From positions 124,001-188,000 of the forward strand of contig NC_043018.1 in NCBI RefSeq assembly GCF_006345805.1: a stretch of 64,000 nucleotides of DNA. Direction: 5' to 3'. The notes below the pieces were generated by a model. The model searched no databases and was not told the origin of the DNA. It saw nothing but the letters and a program-made list of their open reading frames with translations. The stretch comes from Octopus sinensis. Lineage: Eukaryota. The position numbers and the translations under genes are program-made. Shown piece by piece: positions 28,061 to 41,784 of the stretch (positions are counted from its first letter, which is position 1; each line of letters opens with the position of its first letter).

Positions 28061-29289
28061 ACTATATATATATATACACATATAATAATACATATAATAA
28101 TATTAGGGAGCATAACTCCAAACTTACAGGGGAAAATTCAATTTAGTATTAAATCTATCTATTAAAAATTCAAGTTAGTACTTTTGGTTGAAATACACCG
28201 AAAAATGGCAACACAGCAGTCAAAAATCGTAGAAAAATAGGGATTTTCATAGAAAAGAAGCACCTTTTTGATGGAAATAAATTTTGGTATTAACATGGTC
28301 CGATTTGAATTTTTTCTTCTACGGAAGGAAGAGCAAGCCTTCTTCTATCATAACTTGTGCCACAGGGTCTCGGAGGAGATCGTGTTAGCTGAAGGCTACC
28401 AAACATGCCATACACAGACAACTTCAGCTTTATATACAGAGAGATTTAGCTTAGATTTGTTATAATAAAACGTATAACTTTTAATTATGGAATGACCAGA
28501 TTCGTTTTTCTTTTTTCTTTTAAATTTTTGTTCTGATATCACTGTATTTTATCACCAGAGGGTATTTTTTCATTGATCATTTCTTGGATTATTTCCTGCT
28601 TTATATTATCATTAACATGATTTCCACTTTTAGTATATCTTAATTTTCTTCTATCCATTTTCTTCTAATCATTATTTAATTATCCCATTTGTACATATTC
28701 TTGGTCATTTTTTTTGGCTAAAATTCTGCGTATACTGTGAAGTTTGGATGTGCCGTTCTCATTTATTTCATTCTTTTATCACATCAAGTTCTCTTTTTGA
28801 TTTTTGCGTTCCTAGCATTGTGACATATATTTGTTGGTTGCTTTCTATTTAATATCTGTATTTTGTGATTTTAATTTAGACTGTCTGTTGAGGTTCTGCA
28901 ATAAATTTTGATCCGTGTTATTTTCCCTATGAAATTTATAACCTATTGTCATAAATCTTTCTTTTCTATGGCCAGCGTATCCCTGTCAAATTTGGATGCG
29001 GAATAATAAAGTATCCTTGTGATATTTCAAAGCCTTTTATATTTTATTTGAGTGACGGAGGAGTTCAAGTTTTGCTTTACATCAACAATATTTTTCTGAG
29101 TTTGTCCAATATACAATTATTTGTATGCTTTTTACACAATAAATTCAGAATAGACCATCTCTATCAATGATATTCATCGCTCTGAATGATACTATTTGCA
29201 TTTAAATTATTAGCCATTTAACATGTGGCTGTGGGGTCACGGATCATTTTGGCGTCGAATGCACCGAGTTAGTATAGCTTTACTATTAT

Positions 29290-29489
<200 letters not shown>

Positions 29490-29490
<1 letters not shown>

Positions 29491-29685
29491 ACGGCGAGCT
29501 GGCTGAATCGTTAGCACGCCGGGCGAAATGCTTAGTGGTATTTCGTCTGCCGCTACGTTCAAATTCAGCCGAGGGTGATTTTCATCCTTTTGGAGTCAAT
29601 AAATTAAGTACCATTTGAAGACTGGGGCTATGTCATTGACAGGCCCCCTCCCCCAAAATTGCAGCCCTTGTGACAAAATTTCAAA
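29490..29685 (+). mobile_element. SINE family B variant with a different tail, inside a (TAT)n tract
   Basis: GGCGAGCTGGCTGAATCGTTAGCACGCCGGGCGAAATG...TTTCATCCTTTTGGAGTCAATAAATTAAGTACC. Confidence 0.75.
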
Positions 29686-29687
29686 CG

Positions 29688-29723
<36 letters not shown>

Positions 29724-29800
29724 TTATTATTATTATTATTTTATTATATATCTATTATTATCATTATTATTTTATCATTATTATTATTATTATATTATTA

Positions 29801-29835
<35 letters not shown>

Positions 29836-29881
29836 TATTATTATTATTATTATTATACTATTATTATTATTATTATTATCA

Positions 29882-30442
29882 ATTGAGTGAGAGAGCAGTT
29901 CATGCCATCAAAGTGACACTGTGGTAAAATATACGAGCCCAATATACCCATCATGACTCCCGTCTGATAAAGGTACACCAGGCACATGCATCACAACCAT
30001 ATGTGCGCGACAATGGTGATCTCATATCAAGATAAACAGCACATGACCTTGCAGGTGGGGCCCAGTTAGAATTTTCTTCAGGTTGAGTAGCCCATCCCGC
30101 TCAACGGTCCCTGAATAGGGTTGCTTAAGGATGTTGAAAGAACCACCCATGTTTCCAGAGGTGAACTATTCAAACCCCAAGAATCCCTCTCAACACATTG
30201 CTATATGATGTTCCCCCACTATTCTGCTCGTGATCAGAGATGCCCATTATCGTCAGCCACTAAGGGACACGCAACTGGTTAAGGTCAACAACGCAAACAA
30301 GCAAATCTGTGGTATTGAGCAGAATAGTTTGCTGTAGCCCATCTTTTTATACCAAGACAAAACTAATGTACATGATAACACTTCCAACAGTTAAGATCAG
30401 AAGCCATGAGAGCACTACCCTGGTACTAGCTAGCATCAGGCA
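29882..30442 (-). mobile_element. ~560-bp non-coding interspersed element embedded in (TAA)n, possibly R4/Dong-mobilised
   Basis: A complex-sequence block bounded on both sides by (TAT)n; I recall it as a common Octopus repeat. TAA-repeat targeting is known for Dong elements. Confidence 0.5.
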
Positions 30443-30788
30443 TTTTATATTATTATTTTATTATTTTATTATATTATTATTATATTATTATTATTCGTGG
30501 GGCTGGAGAGATCCAGAGTTAATCCTCGTTGTCGGGATTTTAGCAAAAGAATCAAAGATAATTTATTAATATCCACTAAATGATCATTCTTTTTCTGATG
30601 TTTTTTTCGCTAAATTCCTAACTACCTCCTTCGTAATCCCGAAAAATATTGTGACCATTGGTCCTGCCGTTTGACCGGGAAGAAGGAACAGACAGACGGA
30701 CATAACGCCCATTATAATAAGATAATATAATACGTTTAGCATTATCTAAATATTTCTACATTATTGCTCCATTCCTCTTTAATATTAT

Positions 30789-31123
30789 GATATTGTAAAG
30801 TATAGAAGCCATCTTATCATGGCTAACCACATTGGGGAGGAGGTGTTACTTTAGCTTTATAGCCCCAAGAGATCTTCGTCTCAAGCTGGCTTTAGACACA
30901 ATATCTGTGTCCTTGGAGTATTTGCAAAGGGAGGTCATCCCTTCCTCGCAAGCCTGAGTGATGCGAGGAAGGGATGGCCTCCCTTTGCAAATACTCCAAG
31001 GACCAGATATTGTGTCTAAAGCCAGCTTGAGACGGAGATCTCTTGGGGCTATAAAGCTACAGTAACACCCCCCTCCCCAATGTGGTTAGCTATGATAAGA
31101 TGGCTTCTATACTTTACATTATC
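30789..31123. repeat. Near-perfect hairpin, ~162-bp arms, 11-nt loop
   Basis: About 6 mismatches and 1 indel between arms; loop AGCCTGAGTGA at 30951-30961. Confidence 0.95.
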
Positions 31124-31804
31124 GAGCGATTACTGTTTCAATCTCATTCTGAGATTTAATTATAATATTATTTCTTATAAATTCTGTTATGGTAACTTTT
31201 ATGTCTGTGTAAAAATGCTTACGTTCATATCAACCAGCTAAAATATTTCCTATCTACCATTTTCTCACATGATGAAGAGACAGAAAAAAAAGGGAAGAAT
31301 CCAGGATCCTGGAAAAAACAAATTCTTACCAGAATTGCCTGAAAGAAAAAATTAAATATTCATAGGTTTATCACAAAAAAAAAAATTGAAAATGGGAATG
31401 AAGACCAAGTAGCAAAATTCCCACAAGACATTCACCCATCAAGCAACGAATCAACAGTCGAAGCCGTTACCATGTCAACAAAAACGAAAAAACATTTAAG
31501 GAGAAAAAGCATCAGAAGAAGGAACCTAGCATTTCCTTTTTTCATCATTCAATCTTTATGTAGTGATTTATCTATTTCGTTCAAGCATATCGAAAAATCA
31601 TTTTTAGTTTGATTGAATCATGGAGATTTAGCTTGCGCTTGTTGCCTATTTCTTTGTATCGGTGAATTTAAGGCATGTTCTGTCTCTACTCTTTGTTCCC
31701 TCTTTTTTTCTAATTCTCCAATAATTGTTCTACACGTGTTTCCCTAATACGATGTCTTTCCGGTAATCTACATTGCTCTTCATTTTTTTAAAACTACTTC
31801 TAAG

Positions 31805-31985
31805 ACGGTGAGCGGGAAGAATCATTACCGCACCGGTCAAAATGCTTAGCGGCAATTTTTCCGGTTCTTTATGCTATCAATTCGAATGCTGCCAAGGCCG
31901 ACTGGGCCTTTCATCCTTTCCATGTCGATAAAATAATTACCAATTGGGTACTGGGATCAATGTAATCGTCTTACCCATCCTTACA
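31805..31985 (+). mobile_element. SINE family B, old degenerate copy
   Basis: GACGGTGAGCGGGAAGAATC...GCCTTTCATCCTTTCCATGTCGATAAAATAATTACC. Confidence 0.6.
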
Positions 31986-32779
31986 TTTCAGACCATCCCT
32001 TTACAGTAAAAAAAAATATTTAATTCACATAACTTTCACTGATTCAGAATACATTTATGTTTTCTAAGGCCGCTAATCTTTTTTAACATCTTTCTTTGCC
32101 AGTAAGATAAAACTCTCATCCATTTATTTTTCTCCCAACACAGCCGCAACTACCTTAGAGCTCTTAAATTTCTCAGTCCGTATCTGCACTGTTTTCACAG
32201 GATAAAAACTTACTGGCCTAACTGTTCCCATTGACATTTTTTTAAACCCTAGTTTGGTATACAACTCTGAAATCAAAAGTATCAAATCTCTCTGGATACT
32301 TCAGTTCTGTCTCAGTGTTTTATGTGTCTCTTGTTAAAAGTCGACAAAACTAGCTGCGCCAATTTCTTTTTCCACTTCTCTATTCCCACTTTCACTTGTT
32401 TCAAGTGTGTGAGTTATATTTTCCTGGTTAACTACGGCATTTACATTTTCCAGATTAGTTGAAGATTAATTCAACCATTTGATTTGAGAATTACAAAAAC
32501 CAGTCGCATTTTGTAATTCTTGGTTGAACTTTTCTATTCTTCCGCTTCTACGTAAAAGATTTATTTTCTGTTGCTGATACGCAATATTTGGTCTGCATGA
32601 TGTTGTTATCTGACATTAAACATTGCAATCTCATTTCAAATGTCCGTTTCCAGAATACACAATTCCTTAAGTCAGATCTTAAATATATTTCCTTTGCCAT
32701 CAAATTGACTTTCATATTCTAATACAATTTATGCACAATACCAACAACTTGATGCAGCACACATATCGAAGGAGAAACT

Positions 32780-33850
32780 TTCACCAAAGGCACCGATCTG
32801 CCGTTAAAATTTAAGTTTGACTCTCTCAAGAGGACAGCGATTTAGAGTTAACTTCCAACAGGGTTTTATTGAGTTACCATCTCTATGGTACTCCGTCTTC
32901 TTACAGCCATCCAGAAACGGTTGTATATGGTAATGCATACTTGAGAAATTTTAAACCAGAATCTTAGAACACCATCTGGTTCAGGGACACTCAAATTCTT
33001 AAGTAACTTTTTCACTTTCTCATCTGTAATATTTTGCATTCTCAGGTATGACTTATTTTCCATTTCACTTGTAAATTTCCAAAACCAGTCCATTTCGCTG
33101 CTATTTTTTTTTTCTAGTTTCAGCTCAGAACTGCGGCCATGTTGATGCACCACCGTTGAACTCTTTGCTGCAAATATATGAGGAAAAGTTCCTTGCTGCT
33201 TCAATCTTTGGCACATTATTCCCCTGATGGTCATTCTCATTATCTTGCTGATGGTTAAATTTCTTTCGTCGTTTCTGAATAATTTGTTCGGATCGTATTG
33301 GTTTATTTGTTGTTTTGTATGTTTATTTTATTATAATTTGTTTTAAATTTTATCTTGTCTCTAGATACATGTAATCTACTGTACGTTCCTTGAAGCTCAT
33401 TTTTGTCTCTTTCCTTCACATCTTTTATATCATTGCATTTATCGTTCCCAGACCTCTGTTGAGCACTTCAACATGATTCTCAAGTCTCGTTTTTCACCAT
33501 GGGTTTTTTCTTTGTATTTTCCCTTCACTTTTAACCCCAAGAACTTCTAAAGAAAAACACGTTGCGCAGTGACATCCTTTAGACTGGTTATCTTCCCAAC
33601 ATATACCTTCGTTAACAACTCGTCAAATTTCTTAACTATTTTATGCAAGATTTCTTTCGATTATCTTCAAAACTGTTTGGCTACTTCTTTCACTACATCG
33701 AGTCCTATTTGACACTTGTACAAAACTCCTTTCCGTCAAGAAGTAAAATTTCTTTTCATCATATCTATTATTTTTCTCCTGGTGTTTTATCGAACTTTGA
33801 TATTTCTTCTTCAATAACCTATTCTTCTACGTAATCATGGAAACAAACTA
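32780..33850 (-). mobile_element. Decayed R4/Dong-like non-LTR retrotransposon, pre-RT/RT-start region
   Basis: Minus peptides QYDPNKLFRNDERNL and ITDEKVKKLLKNLSVPEPDGVLRFWFK resemble the I..E.V..ALK....K.PGPDG...FW.K start of RLE-clade RT; many frameshifts. Confidence 0.55.
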
Positions 33851-34088
33851 TTTCACAACGAGGGTACGAACGGGTTTTTTATGAAATAGTTACTGTATTT
33901 CTAAAGTCTTTTTGCTTATCATAATGTGTCTAATAGATGGAAAGTTTAGAGTTCCTTCCCTTTCAGAGTGAAGATATTTTCGGAGTATTTTCCCATTATG
34001 TGCCAGTTTGGCTGTGTAACATTGCAAGCAAATTAGCAAGCAAGATTTATCTTCACTTTTAATTGTGTGTGTATATATATATATATAT

Positions 34089-34127
<39 letters not shown>

Positions 34128-34158
34128 TAGATATATATGTATATATATATATATATAT

Positions 34159-34195
<37 letters not shown>

Positions 34196-34339
34196 GATAG
34201 ATACATACATACATAGATACATAGATATAGATATAGATGTAGATATAGATACAGATAGATACATAGATATAGATATAGATGTAGATACAGATATATTATA
34301 TAAATATAGATATAGATATATATATATATATATGGTCAT

Positions 34340-34382
<43 letters not shown>

Positions 34383-34519
34383 AACTCTTAAGAGTATGAT
34401 TACATCCAAAATTACACTGGTTTTATACCTTATATTATTGGAAGAAAATTTTCCTAAAATAAATAGGTATGTAATAAACATACAATCTATATTCAGTTAA
34501 GAGAAGAAAATAGAAAGTC

Positions 34520-34887
34520 AATGGCTAATAATTAATTTATTAACTAATTGATAATCTTTCCTACAACTGTTTCAATTAAGCTCAATAAAATAAATTATAA
34601 ATTTATGTAAAAATTTCCATTTATATCTTGTGAGCAAAATATCACCAGGGAAACATTAAAGAATTACATTAAAGAATTACATGATGAGCAATTTGTTCTT
34701 TCTGAGTTGGAAGGAACCAAATTGTTCGCCATGTAATACTTTAATGTCTCATATTTCCTGATGATATTTTGCTACACAACATATAAATGGCAATTTTTAC
34801 ATGAATTTTGTAATTTATTAATTGAGCTTAATTGAAACAAGTGTAGGAATGATTATCAATTAGTTAATAAATTAATTATTAACCATT
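34520..34887. repeat. Degenerate AT-rich palindrome, ~180-bp arms
   Basis: AATGGCTAATAATTAATTTATTAACTAATTGATAATC... is reversed at 34851-34887; centre ~34704. Confidence 0.85.
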
Positions 34888-35154
34888 AAGTCTCCATTTT
34901 CTTCTCTACATACATAGATATACAAACACACATATATATATGTTATATTTATGCATATATATATATATAGATATATATATAGATGTACATATGTCTATAT
35001 ATATACAGATATATGTTCATGAACATGTATATATAGTCTTATAAACGGAAAATACGGGATTCAGAATTGATATATTTAACATTTTATGGAGTGGTCGGGT
35101 ACAAAATCTTTCAGTGTTGATTGAGTTGAAGGTGGTTCTGTCTCTAAAACTTCT

Positions 35155-35210
<56 letters not shown>

Positions 35211-35211
35211 A

Positions 35212-35262
<51 letters not shown>

Positions 35263-35341
35263 TATATATTATATATATATATATATATAATATATATATA
35301 TATATATTAATATATATATATATACAAATATATATATATGC

Positions 35342-35387
<46 letters not shown>

Positions 35388-36289
35388 CTGTATATATGTA
35401 GATATAGTTATATAGCCATATACACATTAAATAACATGTAGACATAAATACAAATACATATATATACTGACGAGAAATATTCTATGAATTTTCTCTCTAT
35501 GCTTTTGTAATATTTCGGTTTGTTGAAATTTTGCTAAAATTTTGAAATATATTTATGTAACGCTGTTTTGGTTTTTTTCTCGTTTGTAAAGTATTCTTTG
35601 AATATTTTTTGTGCGCTATTTATTTCTGTCGCTTTATTTGCCCCACTTTTGCCTTCCTCCTCTTTTTCTCTCCCCCACCCCAATACGTTAATTCTTCCTT
35701 CGTTCTGACTTTCTATCTGTCTTTCTCTAGCCCTCATTCCTGCAAGGCATTTTCATGTTCCTTTGCGTAACCCCATGTTAGTTTTACATGCTTCAGACAA
35801 CAGAATGCAACTATGTTGCATTGTCGCCTTGAAAGACTTTTCGTCGAATTATTCGACCCCAAAATGTTTTGCCGAACTGTAAAGTTGCCGGGCCATAAAC
35901 GCACCAACACCGGTTGTCACGCATTGGTTGAGTACAGCTTGGAGACAAACGAGCACACACACACACACACACAACCACACACAGGCAGAGACTGCAAACA
36001 CACCAATACACATTCTAACTCATACACACATACACACACATATATATATGTGTGTATGTATGTGTATATATATATATATATAATATATATATATATATTT
36101 ATATATATAATCTTGAAATGAGTTGATATATAATTCAACCGTTTCATGAATCTGTTTGGCTTATTTCCTCAAGTACGTCTGTATCTATAATTTATGGTAA
36201 TATCTTAAGGTAGATTTTTAGACATTGGTATGTTTTTATAGCATGTTGGCGAATTGTATAGGGATAATTTAAAAATAAAAAACAAGATG

Positions 36290-36420
36290 AAGATAGATGG
36301 TGTAGACAACAAACAGATGTGAAAAAGTCTTTAACGTTTCGACCCTACGCTCTTCCTCAGAAAGGAACACAACAAAACAGGGATAGAAAATAAAGAATGT
36401 GTAGTGGCTAGCGATCTATC
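36290..36420 (-). mobile_element. Penelope-pLTR-like fragment with a minimal hammerhead (36329-36364)
   Basis: Minus strand CTTT-CTGAGGA-A-GAGC GTAG GGTC-GAAAC-GTT-AAAG. Confidence 0.55.
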
Positions 36421-37859
36421 GTGTATATATATATATATACATGGGGAGCTTCTTCCAATTTCTGTCTATCAAATCAATTCCCAAGGCTTTTCTCACCCTT
36501 AACCTATACTACAAGACACTAGCGGGTGGTACTACGCAGTGGGAAGGAACTCGAAACCATGCGGTTGGAAATCAATATTCTTAACACACAACCACGCATA
36601 TATTTTTGCACATATACATACATGTATATTTGTTCATACGTACGTATTTGTATATATATATATATATATATATGCGTGTGTCTGTTTTTATGCATATATG
36701 TATGTATGTGTATACATGCGTGTGTGTGTATTTACACACACACACACACAGACATCTGTTTTAACCTTTACATAATATATATAGTTTAACGAAATAGAAA
36801 CAGATTAAATATTTTTATGAAGTTGCTTTTCATATGAAACTATTTATGAAAACCACTTTAATAATTAAGTTGAAAATCTGGCTCTACTTTCGCCTTTACT
36901 CTATATAATGTTAGTATGATAAGCTGTCATTGTCTGCAACATATATTCAATGTTAACAGTTATATTTCTGTAAAGACTAGACAAAGACATAAGTTTTGAG
37001 CTTTTGTTTCCTTCGCTAGCTTGCTGGTTAGCACTTGTTTGTATTGGCTAATGAATATGCTGCAGAGATCTTTTTATTTTTATTTTTTTGTTGTTGTTAT
37101 TTTTTGTTATCTGTTTTTCTTCAGTCCAAAATACTTCCTCTTCTTCCTGAACGATTCATTTAGTCTCTTTATTTCTCTTTTCCCCCTCTCGCTTTCTCTC
37201 ATTCGCTCTCTCTTATTCGTTCATTCATCTTATGTTTTTATCAGTAGTATGCCATATCCTCCTCTCTCTCTCTCTCTCTCTTCTCTTCCCCTCTCTCTCT
37301 CTTTCTCTCTATGTACCACTCCTATCGCTTTCTTATTCTTTTTCTCTTCACCAATATGCAATATGAAATGAAATTCAAGAATGAATAGTAAAAAGAAATT
37401 TAGTATTTATCTCTTTATTTCCGCTTGCACCTCGGTAGCTGATGTCTTTCAGTTGTCTGCCAATTTCTCATTAAAAAGAACATCTGCTGTACGGAATAAT
37501 TCTATTGTCGATGACGTGAACTTTCTACACTTCACTGCTATAAACATCAGCCAGTCTCACAATCTCTTTATGAGTTTTCTATTATTTGCCAAAAGTGAAG
37601 ATGTGAAGAATACACCAGGAGTTCTCAATCAGTCTTCCGGAGATTCTTCTTTTCATTTTACTTTTTTCATTCTTTTTTTTTTTCATTTTGCGTTATTGAT
37701 GGTTTGAAATTCGTGAAAAACTACCGGAACTATTATTAGAAAGTATATATTTTAATGTGATATCTGTATAGATTTAAAATGAATCTGTCTGCAATCGTAG
37801 GAGTATCGAATTACTCCCACAATCATTTACATGGCTTAAAGATTGCCGCGTCTACTATA

Positions 37860-38250
37860 ATAGTCTTTTGGTAGGACTCTGAAACTAGGGAAAAGGAAAG
37901 TATTTATTCCCATTTGAGAAAACATGATCCAAGTGCTTCCTCTTTGTACACAGGTAAATTTAACCAAAGCACAGTGCTGTAGGGAGGGAAGGAAGAATTC
38001 CAACCACACTTTGTGATTCGCTGTCTCACCAGCTTCTTTATAGGATCCATTGGTTAAGGACATCATCAGGAGGAACCACGTCCTGTTTCGGCCCCTGCTC
38101 CTCTACCGTTTTCGACTTGGCTGGACCCTTTCCTTTAGGAAATGTTTTCACCTCGGGTGTTGAATGCTTTTTTTTTTTTTATTTCTTGGCATTTTGTTTT
38201 TTGGTTTCTTCGATGCAGCGTCGTCAACGAATATCAGGGGGAATGACCAC
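37860..38250 (-). mobile_element. Possible decayed LINE ORF1 fragment
   Basis: Higher-GC block; the minus frame TPEVKTFPKGKGPAKSKTVEEQGPKQDVVPPDDVLNQW... with stops looks like relic coding sequence; family uncertain. Confidence 0.25.
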
Positions 38251-38959
38251 CCTGCCAAATATCCCTCTAAATACTTTATGGTAGACCCCAACAGCCAGCG
38301 CCAGCTAAGTATCACGTAACACAATCAACTGACTAATGGAGGGAAAGGGCGCGAGGATTTGGCATGCGCCTTCTCTCGACCTATCTTCCAACAGGGTCAT
38401 GTTAGTTTCAGTTTGACTCATATCTATGACTCAAAATAACAAAAAAGAATAGTAATAAACGAGTGAAAAAATATATAGTGCGTGTGCTTATTTGGCATAC
38501 AAATACAATATATATATATAATAAATCATCTATATACATATATGCATATATGGGTCAAGACACTATCAACTGTGAAAACAACATGAAATAGGTAAACAAC
38601 GAGAGACAAAATGGAAAGCAGGACAAGAAAACAGAGAAACGACCCGTCATCAGTTGTCGGCTGTCTATCTACTCCTCATTTCGAGCATTCAAAAACAATA
38701 TGAACCTTCAAAACACTTGCTCCCATAAATTCTAAAATAAGATTTAGGATTTCTGGAGGGTCAAAGTTGGGAACAAAAACAGGACAGTGTAGACATACAA
38801 GGAAACCGAACGAAAACAAATATGGAGTGTCGTTAGACGAGAACGAGAGGGAAATACTGAACGGTGGGAGAAAATTGTTTACTTGAAAAGAGAAAAGATG
38901 GGAGAGAAAAACGTCCAGTCCCTTGAACGTCCGTGTATATATGTATGTATGTATGTATG

Positions 38960-38991
<32 letters not shown>

Positions 38992-38992
38992 T

Positions 38993-39915
38993 GTGCTAGC
39001 TGAGTGCATTACACTGGTGAAGGCAAAGCATTTCTTATGCAAATCTAGAAATCCGGGATTTGGAATTATCCAGTAATTTTTTGCTAGTTTATTTTGTCTG
39101 TTCATCTTCTTTCCTGATGCCGTATGAACAAACATTTTATGTTTTTACCTGTAGTCTTCGAAACACCGTTCACATCTCTGGATTTGAGAAGCCTAATTTC
39201 TCAAGGTTGGTATTTTGGCTGTGTGTTACATATCCCAGTGCCCCAATAATTACAGGTAAAAACCTGAACTTGTAATCTGGATAGAGTAGCTTCAAATTTC
39301 TCAAATGATTGACGATGGTATTTCCTTTTTCGCTGATCTTCAGCTTTATGCTAACATCCGCTGGGCAGCCGATTTCCACTACTGTACACAGGTTCTCTAC
39401 TATATCTTAAATCACTACGTCAAGTCTATTATGTTTACATTTTATTGAGATTTCCACTGGGACATTCCATCAGTACTCCTTTTTATTATGAGTGGCTATA
39501 TCTTCCACCATACTGTGGGTCCTTATTTCGTTGTCCTCGCGGTTATCCTTCCGACGTATCTCGTTATACAGTGCCCTAAATACAACATCATGTCTCATCA
39601 GTAGATAATACCGTGATATCATTTCCGGACAACTGCTTATGTGCTTATGATGTAGGTGATATCTTCGGTGTTAACTCCACAAAGTCTGGATCGGTTGTCA
39701 TATTTTGCTGCTTTTCCTACATCTCTATCCCTTTTGTGCATCAGGTATTAGATTGATGTTTCCTGTTCCTGGATTGCAAACGCACACCCTTCAAAGTGGG
39801 AGGTAGCAAACCAGTTGAAGGTCCACAATAGACTGCTTTGATGATCTTTGTCGCTATCATATCGGAGCTTTCTACTAATACATGCATGCATGGTCTTCTG
39901 CTCATCCTTCATCTG
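38993..39915 (-). mobile_element. R4/Dong-like non-LTR retrotransposon 3' part (zinc knuckle and restriction-like endonuclease)
   Basis: Minus peptides TSHFEGCAFAIQEQE, RLCGVNTEDITYII, MRHDVVFRALYNEIRRKD, KHNRLD, VVEIGCPADVSIKLKISEK, PVIIGALGYV match the CCHC and PD-(D/E)xK region of RLE LINEs; frameshifted. Confidence 0.8.
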
Positions 39916-39933
39916 ATGATATGCTGAGGTAGA

Positions 39934-40460
39934 AAGGCGGCGAGCTGGCAGAATCGTTAGCACGTCGGGCGAAATGCTCAGCACTATTTTGGCTGCCGTT
40001 ACGTTGTGAGTTCAAATTCCGCCGAGCACGACTTTGCCTTTCATCCTTTCGGGGTCGATAAATTAAGGACCAGTTACGCACTGGGGTCAATGTAATCGAC
40101 TTAATCCGTTTGTCTGTCCTTATTTTTCCCCTCTATGTTTAGCCCCTTGTGGGTAATAAAGAAATAGGTATTTCGTCTGTCGCAACGTTCTGAGTTCAAA
40201 TTCCGCCGAGGTCGTCTTTGCCTTTCATCCTTTCGGGGTCGATAAATTAAGGACCAGTTACGCACTAGGGTCGATGTAATCGACTTAATCCGTTTGTCTG
40301 TCCTTGTGTTTCCCCTCTATGTTTAGCCCCTTGTGGGTAATAAAGAAATAGGTATTTCGTCTGTCTTTACGTTCTGAGTTCAAATTCCGCCTAGGTCGAC
40401 TTTGCCTGTCATCCTTTCGGGGTCGATTAAATAAGTACCAGTTACGCACTGGGGTCGATG
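39934..40460 (+). mobile_element. SINE family B, head plus ~2.6 units of 184 bp
   Basis: Junctions AAATAGGTATTTCGTC at 40167 and 40351. Confidence 0.9.
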
Positions 40461-41361
40461 AATATATAGTGCGTGATTTTATTTGGCAAAAACAAAAAAA
40501 CTGACCGTCCCGAAATATAACAATTTATAATTATATTTTTGTTATTGGGAGATATTTTTGTTTTTGTGATTACAGTTTTTCTCGGCGGATCAGCTGGCAA
40601 ACTCACTGCTGTGTAACGTCTTAGACAGTCGCTAGGTTACTATAGTTGCGTGTGCGAAACCCTTTAACGAAATATTTGCTTTTTTTCCCCCTCACAAATT
40701 ATTATTTGGTGTAACATCATGATATAAACGAACGGCTACAGTCTCCCCATCGTCTCCCTCAGCAGCAATTATCATCGTTTTTTGTTCATGATGGTCATGA
40801 AGGATCAATGATGATTAACGAAGATGATAAAAATACGATAAAAATAGCCTGACATAATGAAATAAATAAATAAATAAATAAATAAAATGATTGATTGAAC
40901 AAAAACTAATAGAAATATTATTGGCTAAATGATAATCAATATAGTATTTTTATGTTAGGGAAATTCCCTGCATTTGATATTAGGTTAGTGTATTAACAAT
41001 GATACATCTCATGCCATTACTGCGAAGAAATACTGGTAGACACAGAAGCTATTGTCATAATATTCACGTATTATTATAATCTTTTATCTTTTATTTGTTG
41101 CAGCCATTAGACTACGGCCTCGCTGGGGTACGCTTCAGAAGAATTTTTAATCGAATGAATCGCTCCCATTAGTCATTTTTTAAAGCCTGATTAATAGTCA
41201 AACCGGTCTCTTTGACCGAATCACTAATTACGTGGAAGTAAGCACGCCAACACCGGTTATCGAGCGATGGTAGGGGACAAATAGAAACAAACGCACACCA
41301 AACATACACACACTCACAAACACACAGATTATATACATATATATATATACACATATATATA

Positions 41362-41420
<59 letters not shown>

Positions 41421-41664
41421 TGTCTACATATATGTGCGTATGTATGTATGTATGTATGTATGTATGTATGTATATATAGCTAATTATTTGGATTATGGCT
41501 ATATGTCTAGTAGTATGCCATTCAGAGCACATTCACCGTTTAGACTACCTGGTGTTCCCTACAGTTACGATATAATTGTCACTGGATCTACGTCAAGAAT
41601 TCTGCTGTGTTCGTTGAGTTTATAATGAGTAACGGGAACGGAAATGGATTTAGCAAGAATCTGA

Positions 41665-41784
41665 ATTCAACACAACGATCGTTTCGACCCATTCTGTATT
41701 GACGGATGTTACACACCTAACTGTACAGTATCCCAGCTGTAAAGGACAAATGCCGGATAGGTCGAAACAATCGTCGTGTTGAAT
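41665..41784. repeat. 25-bp inverted repeat; each arm is a hammerhead-like 3' half
   Basis: ATTCAACACAACGATCGTTTCGACC / GGTCGAAACAATCGTCGTGTTGAAT. Confidence 0.75.

Noticed and set aside
28480-29200. Strand-asymmetric A-rich block, possibly a decayed PLE/LINE ORF
   Set aside because: No recognisable motif on manual translation.
38055-38100. CTGATGA and GAAA close together on the minus strand; similar CUGANGA hits at 619, 8814, 15100, 34778 and 38646
   Set aside because: The required stems do not pair, or GAAA is missing or misplaced.
38470-40488. 28-bp direct repeat 2 kb apart, looking like a TSD
   Set aside because: The same motif occurs reversed at ~63826, so it is a dispersed repeat fragment.
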